Assembly: GCA_965203325.1 (NCBI GenBank)
Contig: OZ241875.1
Coordinates: forward strand, 3,008,001 to 3,072,000
Origin: a bacterium
GTDB lineage: Bacteria > UBA8248
DNA: 64,000 nucleotides
Direction: 5' to 3'
Every line of letters begins with the position of its first letter. Within the stretch, counting starts at the first letter, position 1. The notes below the pieces were generated by a model that was given only the letters and a program-made list of their open reading frames with translations, was not told the DNA's origin and ran no database searches. The translations under genes and the position numbers were made by a program. Below are positions 40,531 through 50,336 of this stretch, in pieces.

Positions 40531-41484
40531 ATGGTGGAACGCAGAAGCTATTCGGGAATCCTGCCCGCGATGCAGGTTCCCATGCTGGACAACATGGATA
40601 TCGACGAGGCCGAACTTCGCCGCTTCTCCGGGTGGCTGGCCGGATTCGAGGGGGTGAACGGACTCGTCACCAACGGCCACACGGGCGAGGTATTCTCGTT
40701 CACGGCGCGTGAGCGCGCCGAGGTAACGCGGATCGTCGTCGACGCCGTCGGCGGGAGCGTGCCGGTCATCTCGGGCCTTGCATGCGAGGGCATCCGCGAC
40801 GGTATCGAGCACGCCGAGATGGCCCGGGAAGCCGGTGCCGACGGGCTGCTCGTGATGCCGTTTCATCACTGGCTGCGCTTCGGTCATCGTCCGCAGCACG
40901 TCATCGACTACTTCACGGCAGTCGGCGAGGCGTCCGACCTGAACCTGGTGGTGCACGTCTATCCCGCGTGGACGAAGGCGAGCTACAGTTCCGAGCTTCT
41001 GGGCGAACTCGGCCGGATTCCCTGGGTGACCTGCTTCAAGGTCGGCACGCGCGAGATGTCGCAATACGCGCGCGACATCGCCTCCATCCGCGAGAACGCG
41101 CCCGACACGACGATCCTCACCTGTCACGACGAATATCTCCTCGCCTCGATGGTGCAGGGCGTGGACGGCGCGCTCGTCGGGTTCGCCTCGTTCATCCCCG
41201 ACCTCATCGTGGCGCTCTACGAGGCCGTCAAGGCGGGCGACCTGCGCCGCGCGCAGGAGATACAGGCGCGGATTCTGCCGCTCAAGGAAGTCGTCTATTC
41301 GAGCGGCGAGCCCTCAGGGGAGGCCCACGCGCGCATGAAGACGGCGATGGTGCTCGCCGGGCGCTTCAAGTCGGCGGTCGTGCGCCCCCCGAGCGAGGTT
41401 GCCAGGGGACGCACGTTCGAGGCGATCAAAAGCGCCGTGGAGGAATCGGGCCTGCTGGAACTCGAAGGCGCGACAACCGGATAG
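40531..41484 (+). CDS. DapA-like aldolase/lyase
   Basis: NGHTGE, GADG.LV.P, putative Schiff-base Lys in CFKVG. Confidence 0.85.
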   Translation: MVERRSYSGILPAMQVPMLDNMDIDEAELRRFSGWLAGFEGVNGLVTNGHTGEVFSFTARERAEVTRIVVDAVGGSVPVISGLACEGIRDGIEHAEMAREAGADGLLVMPFHHWLRFGHRPQHVIDYFTAVGEASDLNLVVHVYPAWTKASYSSELLGELGRIPWVTCFKVGTREMSQYARDIASIRENAPDTTILTCHDEYLLASMVQGVDGALVGFASFIPDLIVALYEAVKAGDLRRAQEIQARILPLKEVVYSSGEPSGEAHARMKTAMVLAGRFKSAVVRPPSEVARGRTFEAIKSAVEESGLLELEGATTG

Positions 41485-41526
41485 ACATTCATCTCTCAAG
41501 GAGAAACCAACGAGGGGAGGGAACCC

Positions 41527-42540
41527 ATGCTCAAGAATAGAATGCGCTTCAAGGGTTTGACGCTCGGCCTTTTGCTGGCCGCCCTGATAACGGGCGCAGG
41601 CCCTGCGGCATACGCCGCCGATTCGTTCAGCATCGGCGCGATGCGGCCCGGCTCTGCCTGGTACGTCTTCGGCGCCACGCTGGCGCAACTGCTCAAGCCC
41701 AGCCTGCCCAAGGGCAGCAACCCCGAGGTCATCGCGCGCGGCGGCGGCGTGAGCAACCCCGCCGCCGTGGACAAGAAAAAGGCGACCATCGCGCTCTCGA
41801 ACGTGGCCTCAGCACTTTGGGCCTACAACGGACTCAAGGGCGTGTACAAGCAAAAGCACGAGGGCATTCGCGCGCTCATCGGCGGGCTGAACAAGGTGCG
41901 CGTCACCGCCATGGTGACCGAGAGCTACATCAAGCGCACGGGCAACGACACGCTCGAGAAGGCGCTGCTCTCCAAGCCGCCCGCGCGCATCGTCATGAAG
42001 CCGGCGGGCAGCACCGTGCCCGTCGTCGCCGACATGCTGATGGCTGCGCTTGGCACCAGCCGCAAGGACATGAAGGCGCGAGGGGGCAAGATCATCCAGG
42101 TGGCCGCGAACCAGATTCCGGCGATCATCAAGGACGGCCGCGCGGACCTCTACTTCGAGGTCGCCATCCCCAGGCACCCGACGGTGACGGAAGTCACGAC
42201 CACCAACGCGATGCGCTTCCTGAGCTTTCCGCCCAAGGCGCTCAAGGCCCTCGCCGCTAATGGCTTGAGGACGGCGGCCGTGCCGGGCAAGTGGTTCAAG
42301 GGCATCAAGGGCAAGGTGCTGGCGGTCGACCTCGGCACCGTGCTCATCGCGCACAAGGACATGCCGGATTCACTCGCCTACACCATCACGAAGACGTTGG
42401 CTGAGAACAAGAAGGCCATGGGCAAGGCCCACGCGGCTTGGAGATTCTTCAAGCCCAAGAACGGCGGCAAACCAGCCAGCGTCGGGGTGCCGCTGCATCC
42501 GGGCGCGGCGAAGTATTTCAAGGAAAAAGGCTGGCTGTAG
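41527..42540 (+). CDS. TAXI family TRAP solute-binding protein
   Basis: Signal peptide, GG...N, VPLHPGA.KYFKE.G. Confidence 0.9.
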   Translation: MLKNRMRFKGLTLGLLLAALITGAGPAAYAADSFSIGAMRPGSAWYVFGATLAQLLKPSLPKGSNPEVIARGGGVSNPAAVDKKKATIALSNVASALWAYNGLKGVYKQKHEGIRALIGGLNKVRVTAMVTESYIKRTGNDTLEKALLSKPPARIVMKPAGSTVPVVADMLMAALGTSRKDMKARGGKIIQVAANQIPAIIKDGRADLYFEVAIPRHPTVTEVTTTNAMRFLSFPPKALKALAANGLRTAAVPGKWFKGIKGKVLAVDLGTVLIAHKDMPDSLAYTITKTLAENKKAMGKAHAAWRFFKPKNGGKPASVGVPLHPGAAKYFKEKGWL

Positions 42541-42614
42541 ACCGACCACGACGGGGCGGAGGACAGAGAGTTTCGTCTTCCGCCCCGTTTTCTCGCATCG
42601 GGGTTTCATGAGCC

Positions 42615-44468
42615 ATGCGCATGGTCACGCTCGCTATCGGCGTCCTCTGGCTGGCGTTCCAGATGTGGATCGTCTTCTACCCCCAGGCCCCGCTGGTCGA
42701 GCGGCCTCTCCACCTGCTTCTGGCGCTGGCGCTCGTCCTGCTCTTTCATCCGCTGCGTAAAAGGGGCGCTCCGCGGCGGCGCGCCCGCCTGACGGACGCT
42801 TTGTTGCTGGCGGGAACGCTGGCCGTCTTTGCGTATTACGCTCTCGCCTCGACACGCCTCACCGAACGCATGGAGACCATCGACCCGGTGCTTACCGTGG
42901 ACGTGGCGGCCTTCGCGCTCATCATGATCCTGTTGTTCGAGGGCGTGCGCCGCACGGTGGGCTGGCCGCTCCTGGGCGTTCTGCTCGTTTTTTTCGTCTA
43001 TGCGTTCATCGGCAAGATGCTGCCCGGCGCATTCGGTTTCCGGGGCTTCACGATCGACGAAGTGGTCGAGATCATGACGATGACGACCAACGGCGTGCTG
43101 GGCATCACCACGGCGACCTCGCTTCAGTTCGTTTTCTACTTCGTGCTCTTCGGTGCGGTCTACTCAGGGATAGGCGGCGGGCAGTTGTTCATCGACCTGT
43201 CGCTCAGGGTGGCGGGCCGCTTCGCCGGAGGGGCGGCGAAGGCCGCCGTCGTGAGTTCGAGCCTCATGGGCTCGATCAGCGGAAGTGCGGTGGCGAACGT
43301 GGCGACGACGGGCGTCTTCACCATCCCGCTGATGCGAAAGACCGGCTACGGCCCGGCGCACGCGGGCGCGGTGGAGGCCATCGCTTCCACAGGCGGTCAG
43401 CTCATGCCGCCCATCATGGGCATCGCCGCGTTCGTGATGGCGGAGTTGCTGCAGATATCCTACGCGCGCATCGCCACGGCCGGGCTCATCCCCGCGCTCG
43501 CGTTCTACGCCGCGATTTTCATCTTCATCGACCTGCGCGCGCGGGCCGAGGGCGCGCTCGCGCTCGGTGCGGGCGAACTGACGCCCGAAGACCCCATCGC
43601 GGGAAGGCTGTATCTGCTCCTGCCGCCGTTGGTGCTGATCGCCATGCTGGTCGCGGGCTTTTCGGCCACATACGCCGCCGTCATCGGCACGGCGTCTTGC
43701 GCCGTGGTCGCCTATTTTCGCCGCCGTAGCTGGCTGAGCATCTCCGATTGGTGCGAAGTGGTGCGCAGCGGCGCGCGTCAGGCCGCGGAAATTGCCGTGC
43801 CCATCGCCGCCATCGGGATCATCATCGCCGTCGCCATCCAGTCGAACCTGGCGCTCAAGTTCTCCTCGGGCCTCATCGGCGCATCGGGCGGCAAGCTGTT
43901 TTTCGCCATGTTCCTGATCATCATCGGGTGCCTCATCATGGGGATGGGACTGCCGACGGTCGCCGCCTACATCATCGGGGCGATTCTTTTCGCGCCGGCG
44001 TTAAAGGACTTGGGCATCGCCGAGTTGCCCGCCCATTTCTTCGTCATGTACTACTGCGTGCTCTCGATGGTCACGCCGCCGGTGGCGCTGGCGTCGTTTA
44101 CCGCGGCGGGAATCTCCGGCGCAGGCTCGATGGAGACGAGCCTCATCGCCTTTCGCCTGAGCCTCGTTTCGTTCCTGATACCCTTCGCCTTCGCGTTCGA
44201 CCCGAGGCTGCTGGGGCAGGGCGATTTGGGGTGGGTCATCGTGGCGTGTGTTTCGCTGTTCTGCGCGACGGGCGCCTGGGCGGTCGCGCTGAGCGGATAC
44301 CTCAAGCACCCCCTGCGCCTGCCCGAACGCGCGCTCTACGGGGCCGTCGCCGTGGCCGTCATTCTGTTTCCCACAGGCGGGGCCGCGTGGGCGCTCGCGT
44401 TCACGGGGCTGCTCGCTCTGGCGGCGTGGGGGATATGGCTCGGCCCGCGCCTGCGCGCCGCTGGATGA
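42615..44468 (+). CDS. TRAP 4TM/12TM fused permease
   Basis: SGSAVANV.TTG.FTIPLM, ASTGGQLMPP.MG, GMGLPT.AAY, TPPVALA. Confidence 0.93.
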   Translation: MRMVTLAIGVLWLAFQMWIVFYPQAPLVERPLHLLLALALVLLFHPLRKRGAPRRRARLTDALLLAGTLAVFAYYALASTRLTERMETIDPVLTVDVAAFALIMILLFEGVRRTVGWPLLGVLLVFFVYAFIGKMLPGAFGFRGFTIDEVVEIMTMTTNGVLGITTATSLQFVFYFVLFGAVYSGIGGGQLFIDLSLRVAGRFAGGAAKAAVVSSSLMGSISGSAVANVATTGVFTIPLMRKTGYGPAHAGAVEAIASTGGQLMPPIMGIAAFVMAELLQISYARIATAGLIPALAFYAAIFIFIDLRARAEGALALGAGELTPEDPIAGRLYLLLPPLVLIAMLVAGFSATYAAVIGTASCAVVAYFRRRSWLSISDWCEVVRSGARQAAEIAVPIAAIGIIIAVAIQSNLALKFSSGLIGASGGKLFFAMFLIIIGCLIMGMGLPTVAAYIIGAILFAPALKDLGIAELPAHFFVMYYCVLSMVTPPVALASFTAAGISGAGSMETSLIAFRLSLVSFLIPFAFAFDPRLLGQGDLGWVIVACVSLFCATGAWAVALSGYLKHPLRLPERALYGAVAVAVILFPTGGAAWALAFTGLLALAAWGIWLGPRLRAAG

Positions 44469-44560
44469 GGGAAATCCATGGACGACGAAGCCCTTAATGG
44501 AGAATCGACAAGATGAGTTGGCGTCTGTTTCATCACAAAATGCGTTGTGACAATCCATTC

Positions 44561-45340
44561 ATGACGATGCGGGGTTGCTTCGCATCGGTTTGCTTTCTGC
44601 TGGCGGTCTCCGGTGTTTCACTGAGCACGCAAGCCTGGGGAGCGGATGCGGCTCCGGTGGTCGTGCGCGCCGGATCCCCGAGTCCTCCCGTGGTATCCGA
44701 GGCCGCCCTTCTGGCCGACCGGATGCTGGCGAGAGAGAGCGACGCATTGCTCCTCGATGAGAAGCGTCGGAGCGAGCTTGCCCGTGAAATCGAGAGCGTG
44801 CTCGATCGGCTGAGATATGCTTACCCGGAGGTCGAGAAAATAGCCGCCCGTGCCGCCCATCAGCCCGGCGTACTTCTCCTGGGCGTAAAGCCTGGGTTGT
44901 TCCGGGCGGTCGCAGAGCTCCTTGAAGACAAGAACCGACCCGTGGCGCTGCGCACCGGCAATGCGGCGTTCGACGCCTTGAACGCGAAGCTTGGGTTACA
45001 GGCCGTGCGGCCATACCGCCACACCGGCGTCCTCGTCATGCACCTGAGCGAGCGCGCAAACCTCGGGGCGGCGCGAAGTGCGTACCGGAAGATAGCGGGA
45101 GTCGAATACGCGGAGCCCGATGCCTACCTGGGCGACGGCTCCGACATCGAGGCGGTGAAAACAGGCGGCGTCTGGCATATCGTCGTCCGCAAGGCGTGGG
45201 GAGACTGCCCCTCCGGCTGTATTTACAAAAAGCTGTTTTTCTTCACCGTGAAGGAGGGGCAAGTCGAGCGGGTCGAACCGCCGCGCGCGGTGGATACCCT
45301 TGCCTTCAGGAAACTCCTCTGGATAAGAAGGTGGCGTTGA
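44561..45340 (+). CDS. Hypothetical secreted protein with WGDCPSGC motif
   Basis: Signal-like N-terminus, long open frame; start uncertain. Confidence 0.65.
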   Translation: MTMRGCFASVCFLLAVSGVSLSTQAWGADAAPVVVRAGSPSPPVVSEAALLADRMLARESDALLLDEKRRSELAREIESVLDRLRYAYPEVEKIAARAAHQPGVLLLGVKPGLFRAVAELLEDKNRPVALRTGNAAFDALNAKLGLQAVRPYRHTGVLVMHLSERANLGAARSAYRKIAGVEYAEPDAYLGDGSDIEAVKTGGVWHIVVRKAWGDCPSGCIYKKLFFFTVKEGQVERVEPPRAVDTLAFRKLLWIRRWR

Positions 45341-45467
45341 CGCCGGATGCCTGAGGTTAGAGGCTCACACCCGCTTCCAAGTGAAAAATAAAGATTGATC
45401 GGAAGAACAGGGGTAGCAGGGTCATTATCCACCAGTCGAGAGACGTACCCGAGGAGGAACCTGAACA

Positions 45468-45845
45468 ATGAACATCGCATACGTTTTCGCCACCGACATG
45501 TCGGCGACCTACAAGCTGGGCACCATGATCCTGCCGCAACTCGAAGCCGGCAACCACGGGGTGAACGTCGTCGGCATGTTCTTCTTCGACGACAACCTGT
45601 TCTGCCTGCGTGAGGGCGACGAGGTGGGCGAGCGACTGGCAAAAGTCGCCGCGGAGCAGAACATCCTCCTCATGGTCTGCGATCAGTGCGCCGTGCGGCG
45701 GAACCTCGCCGAGGGCACGTTCGAACAGTGCGGCTCCGGCGACGTCAAGGCGAAGGGCCTGGTGGCCGGCGTGGGCGCCGGTTGTTTCCCGCAGCTATAC
45801 GAGGCGCTCGCACCCGCCGCGCCGGATCTGGTGATTACGCTGTAA
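45468..45845 (+). CDS. DsrE-related protein, SaoD-like
   Basis: AY.F, L..MILPQLE...HG..V.GMFFF.DN, CDQCA..R, GCFP.LY; GAGGAG RBS. Confidence 0.75.
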   Translation: MNIAYVFATDMSATYKLGTMILPQLEAGNHGVNVVGMFFFDDNLFCLREGDEVGERLAKVAAEQNILLMVCDQCAVRRNLAEGTFEQCGSGDVKAKGLVAGVGAGCFPQLYEALAPAAPDLVITL

Positions 45846-45980
45846 GGGTTTGGCGGATTCATCTGTTTCGCGGTCGGTATTTTTTTGTGATTCGGCAGGG
45901 ACAGGTCGCGACCTGTCCCTGCTTTTTCTCGTGTGGCCTATTCCCCCGAGAGGGGCGGTTCGTGAACCGTCCGTAATGAC

Positions 45981-46802
45981 TCAGCAGGATTCGAGCACGC
46001 AGTAGGAGTGCAGCCCCGTCCACTCGGCGAGAGCCGGGGCGGATTCGGGCGCGCAGCGCATGCAGACGTCCAGCATGGTTCCTGAACGGATGATACGGAA
46101 CTTGTTCCCCTTCTCGAAGGCGGAGAGGTCGTCGAAGCCCGTCACCCATTTCGCCCCGAAATTCGTTTCGAAATAATCCGAGGTCGCCGTCATCGTATCG
46201 TTCCCGGACGTGCGGTTGATGATTTTTTCGGAGAAATAATCGAAGGCGACGATGAAGCGGGGTACCTGCGCGCGCAGCCTCGCCAGAAAATCATGGATCA
46301 GAGCAACCGGCAGATACATGGTGTTCCCCTCCCAGATGAACAGGGTGGGGGCCTCCAGGTCGAAACCGGTCTCGACGAGTTTTCCCGGAAGGTCGAGTTC
46401 GAGGTAATTGCCGGCAATCGCGTGGCAGGGCGCGACGCCGCGGGCTTCCAGAGCCTTGCGCTTGAATTCGAGCACCCCCGGCTGATCGACGTCGCAGAAC
46501 CGGACGCCGTGGGTACGAAACATGTGGGCGCGCATGTCGAAGCCCGCGCCCAGCGTGACGACTTGCTTCACGCCGTCTGCTATCGCGCGCTCCAGGGTTT
46601 CGTTCATGATGCGCACCCGGTAGCGTGCCGTCTCGCGCACCGCCGGAAAAGTATGGATGAACTCGCGGAACTTCGCCGTCGCCTCCTCGTCGACGAACCA
46701 TGCAGCAAAAGGGTCCTCGAACAGGGGGCGCGCCTCGTCTTTTTCCATCTGCCGAACGCATGAAGGGAAAAACGCCGTGGAGCCGACCTCGTTGATTTCC
46801 AC
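45981..46802 (-). CDS. LCM-family SAM-dependent methyltransferase, paralogue 2
   Basis: LF.DP.A, QVV.LGAGFD.R, DVDQP, IWEG..MYL; GTG start just after the upstream stop. Confidence 0.85.
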   Translation of the reverse strand: MEINEVGSTAFFPSCVRQMEKDEARPLFEDPFAAWFVDEEATAKFREFIHTFPAVRETARYRVRIMNETLERAIADGVKQVVTLGAGFDMRAHMFRTHGVRFCDVDQPGVLEFKRKALEARGVAPCHAIAGNYLELDLPGKLVETGFDLEAPTLFIWEGNTMYLPVALIHDFLARLRAQVPRFIVAFDYFSEKIINRTSGNDTMTATSDYFETNFGAKWVTGFDDLSAFEKGNKFRIIRSGTMLDVCMRCAPESAPALAEWTGLHSYCVLESC

Positions 46803-46807
46803 GAAAT

Positions 46808-47653
46808 TCAGGACGCCCTGAGCACGCAGTAGGAATACAATTTCAGCAGGTCGGCCGTCTCGCCCATATACTCTTTGACAGCCGCCACGGACTGCGGCGC
46901 GCGGCGCTCGCCGAACTCCATGAGGCTTTCGGATTCGATTGCTTCGAGGCCGTGTTTGTCCTGGAACACGGAAAGATCGTCGAAACCCGTCACCCATTTC
47001 ACCCCGAAGCTGCTTTCGAACATATCCGTGATTTCGGTGATTCTCTCATCGCCGGACGTGCGGTTGATGATCTTTTCGGAGTAATAATCGAAGGCGATGG
47101 CCAGGCGAGGAATGCGCGCGCGCAATCGACCCAGGAAATCATGAATCAGGTCGAGCGGCAGGTACATGGTGTTGCCTTCCCATATGAACAGGATGGGCGC
47201 TTCCAGGTCGAAGCCCGCCTCGCCGAGTTCCCGGGGCAGGTCGACTTCCAGGTAGTTGCACTCGATTCCGGGGCAGGGCGTGACGCCGTGGGTTTCGAGC
47301 ACCTTGTTCTTGAATTCGATCACCGCCGGTTGATCGACGTCGCAGAACCTCACGCCTTGGGTTTCAAAAATGTGAGAGCGCATGTCGAAGCCAGCACCCA
47401 AAGAGACGATCTGCTTCACGCCGTCCGCAATGCCGCGCTCGACGACCTCGCTCATGACGCGAACCCGGAAACGAACCAGTTCCACCGAGGGCGGAAAAAC
47501 GCGTATCAGTTCCTGAACCTTCTCCTCTATCGCCTCGTCGACGAACCACGCCGCGTAGGGGTCGTCGAACAGCTTGTGCTCCTGGTCTTTTTCCATCGCC
47601 CGCATGCAGGAAATGACGAACGCGGTCGCTCCGATTTCGTTGATGATGTCCAC
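46808..47653 (-). CDS. LCM-family SAM-dependent methyltransferase, paralogue 1
   Basis: Same motifs; GTG start with GAGGAG RBS. Confidence 0.85.
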   Translation of the reverse strand: MDIINEIGATAFVISCMRAMEKDQEHKLFDDPYAAWFVDEAIEEKVQELIRVFPPSVELVRFRVRVMSEVVERGIADGVKQIVSLGAGFDMRSHIFETQGVRFCDVDQPAVIEFKNKVLETHGVTPCPGIECNYLEVDLPRELGEAGFDLEAPILFIWEGNTMYLPLDLIHDFLGRLRARIPRLAIAFDYYSEKIINRTSGDERITEITDMFESSFGVKWVTGFDDLSVFQDKHGLEAIESESLMEFGERRAPQSVAAVKEYMGETADLLKLYSYCVLRAS

Positions 47654-47840
47654 CGCCGTGGCTCCTCTGGGTTGGGTATGCCGCTCCATTCCCCGGGGTG
47701 CAGGGAAGGTGCGCCTCGTGTAGACCTCATAATGCCCTCGTTTGACCAGACGGGATAATAGCGAAGTATAGCCGGGGCGGGCAATGAAAAAATGGTGATT
47801 ATGTGCTAGCGCAGCACCCCGGTGAACGGCGAAGCTCCCC

Positions 47841-48266
47841 TCAATCCACGACCGCGATCGCGTTGACCTCCACCAGGCATCTGGGGTCGGTGGCGAGGCG
47901 TACGACCTGAAGCGTGGTGGAGGCGGTCCGGTGGTCGCCGAAATACTCTTTCCGGATGGCCCCCGCCTCTTCCGCGCCCTCCATCGTCGTCGAGAAGAAC
48001 TGGAAGAAGACGATGTCCTGAAACGTGCCGCCCACGGCGTCGAGGCTTTTCTTCAGGTTCTCAAGGGCCATGCGCGTCTGGGTCGGCAGATCGCCTGGGA
48101 GCGTGTCGAACTCCTCTGGCCGGTGGGGATGGTTGTGATAGGGCGGTGCGGCGGTGACCCCTGCGAAATAGACGGTCGTCCCCCCGCTCGCCTTGATGGC
48201 CATGGAGTAGGGCGTCCAGACGTCGAGCCTGTCGGGCCAGTCCACACACTCAATCTGCTTCGGCAT
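47841..48266 (-). CDS. RidA/YjgF family protein
   Basis: PYS.A, QT..AL.N, YFG...TAST...V..L.....LVE..AIA. Confidence 0.85.
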   Translation of the reverse strand: MPKQIECVDWPDRLDVWTPYSMAIKASGGTTVYFAGVTAAPPYHNHPHRPEEFDTLPGDLPTQTRMALENLKKSLDAVGGTFQDIVFFQFFSTTMEGAEEAGAIRKEYFGDHRTASTTLQVVRLATDPRCLVEVNAIAVVD

Positions 48267-48357
48267 TCTCGGTCTCCTTCAGAAAGAAAAAGTCGAAAAA
48301 TGGGTAATGCGCTGCAACCAGGGCCGGGGGAGGCGATCCTTCCTGCGCCCCGCTCGG

Positions 48358-49551
48358 CTACTCTGCCGGCAGGCCGGTGATCCGCGAGCTGATCTTGATC
48401 CGGTAGATGTGGTTGTTGCCTGCGCCGTGGAGAAAGGAGATCACGTCGCGCAGGTATTTCTCGACCGGGCACTCGCGCATGTAGCCCAGCCCGCCGTGCA
48501 CCTCGAGCGCGAGACGGCAGACCTCATAGGCGGCTTCCGAGCAGACCACCTTGGTGAGCCACGACATTTTGGGATCGTATTCCTCGGCGTGATCCACCGC
48601 CCACGAGGTGCGCCACAAGACCGAGCGCGCCGTCTCCAGCCTCGTGTACATCTCCCCGATCATCTGGGCGACGGACTGATGAGCGCCGATGGGTTTCCCG
48701 CCCTGCACCCTCTCCTGGGAATAGCGCACGGCCTCCTCGAAAGCGGCCCGGCCCGCGCCCAGCACGGTCGCTCCGTAGCCGCCCCTTCCGCGCGCGATGC
48801 GGCTCGTGCGCAGCGCCTCGGCCTGCCCCTCTTGCTCCCCGAGCCGGTTGATTGCGGGGACTTCCGCGTTCTCGAAGACGAGCGTGGCGTTGCTGAGAAG
48901 CCTTCTGCCCATCTTGTCGTGGACGCGGCCGACGCTCAGTCCCGGCGTGTCCGCGGGGACGAGAAACGGCGTCATGCCCTTCAAGCCGCCTTTCGTCTTG
49001 TCGGTGCGCGTGTAGACGATGTAGAGCCTGGCCGTCCCGCCGTTGCTGATGAAGCTCTTGACGCCGCTCAGGCGGTAGATGTCCCCTTTGCGCTCGGCGC
49101 GCATCTGCACGCCCGCACCGGGTGCGTCGTAGGGCAGGACGTGATCGGTACCCGCGTCTGGTTCCGTCATGCACGTCGCCAGGTGATAGCGGTGATCGGA
49201 GACGAACGCCGGAAGGAAGCGCTCTTTTTGCTCGTCGTTCGTCCAGTGCTCGAGGATGGGAGTGAACTTCCAGGTCTGATCGAAGGTGGCGGCCACGCCG
49301 AGGTCGCCGGCCCCGAGTTCCTCGCCGACGATGGAGAGGGTGAGCATGTCGGCCCCGCCGCCGCGCTCATCAGAAAGCGCCAGCGTGCGCAGGCCGAGCC
49401 TGGAGCCTTCCTCGACGACGTCGGTGGGGATGCAGTCGAGCGGGTCCGGGTGCTTGTCGTACTCCGCGGCGATGGGGCGCACGTGGCGCTCCACGTAATC
49501 GCGCGCCAGTTTCTGGAGCGCCTTTTGTTCTTCGCTCAGGGAAAAGTCCAT
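48358..49551 (-). CDS. Acyl-CoA dehydrogenase family protein
   Basis: MDFSLSEEQ, MTEP.AGTD, G.K.FISNG, KMG.R, R.Q.GKPI..HQ, HGG.GY..E...E..LRD. Confidence 0.93.
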   Translation of the reverse strand: MDFSLSEEQKALQKLARDYVERHVRPIAAEYDKHPDPLDCIPTDVVEEGSRLGLRTLALSDERGGGADMLTLSIVGEELGAGDLGVAATFDQTWKFTPILEHWTNDEQKERFLPAFVSDHRYHLATCMTEPDAGTDHVLPYDAPGAGVQMRAERKGDIYRLSGVKSFISNGGTARLYIVYTRTDKTKGGLKGMTPFLVPADTPGLSVGRVHDKMGRRLLSNATLVFENAEVPAINRLGEQEGQAEALRTSRIARGRGGYGATVLGAGRAAFEEAVRYSQERVQGGKPIGAHQSVAQMIGEMYTRLETARSVLWRTSWAVDHAEEYDPKMSWLTKVVCSEAAYEVCRLALEVHGGLGYMRECPVEKYLRDVISFLHGAGNNHIYRIKISSRITGLPAE

Positions 49552-49560
49552 CGAGACTCC

Positions 49561-50334
49561 TCAACTATTTCCGGCAATGAGACCCTCGCGCACCTTGGGC
49601 ATGGTGACGGCCAGGTCCAGAATCGGAAGACCGTGGGCAGGCGCGACCACGGCGACGCCCAGTTCTTCGAGCAGTTCTTCCAGGCGGTCCGAATAAATGT
49701 TCATGTCGGCGAAGCGCGTCCAGAACAGCGCCCGCTCGGCGAACACGCCCAGCACGTCCGCCAGGTCGAGCGAGGTGGCTTCTTCCGCGACTTGTCCGCA
49801 GTGGCCGTCCCAGTGGTAGTGGCTGTAGGCGAACCCGTCCCCGGGGAAGAGGGCGCGCGCGCCGGTGTCGAACCCCCAGAGCGAGGTTCTGAGGTCGCGG
49901 ATGACGGGTTCGACGGCGATGAACCGCCTGTCGCCCAGGTCGATTTCGTCGCCGACCTCCATGCGCCTCAGTCTGTGCGCGTGCTCGGGGTAGGAGAGGT
50001 GGTAGTCGCTCACGTCGCAGTGGACCGTCATCTCGGGGTAGTCTTCGAGCAGCCTTCCGAGCCCGCCCGAGTGGGGCGTTTCCTGGTGCGAGAGGAAGAG
50101 GTACTTGAGCTCGGAGCCGCGCGCGGCCAGAATTTCGCTCACCTGGCGGGAAATGACCGGGTAATCCCCTTGGTGGCCCGTCTCGACCAGCATCGAGCCT
50201 TCTTTGCCGATAAGGAGAAAGGCCGCGTTGTAGCTGTGGTAGATCTTTCCCTTGTGGTGCTGTTCGTGGCAGATGCCGAGCCAGAAGATGCCGGGAGCGA
50301 TTTCGCGCGGGAGGGGATTGTTGTTCGTGTCCAT
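49561..50334 (-). CDS. MBL-fold protein, FprA/ODP-like, with metal-binding motif
   Basis: EIAPGIFWLG, LVETG, SHQETPHSGG, LFPGDGF; no flavodoxin domain. Confidence 0.8.
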   Translation of the reverse strand: MDTNNNPLPREIAPGIFWLGICHEQHHKGKIYHSYNAAFLLIGKEGSMLVETGHQGDYPVISRQVSEILAARGSELKYLFLSHQETPHSGGLGRLLEDYPEMTVHCDVSDYHLSYPEHAHRLRRMEVGDEIDLGDRRFIAVEPVIRDLRTSLWGFDTGARALFPGDGFAYSHYHWDGHCGQVAEEATSLDLADVLGVFAERALFWTRFADMNIYSDRLEELLEELGVAVVAPAHGLPILDLAVTMPKVREGLIAGNS

Positions 50335-50336
50335 GA

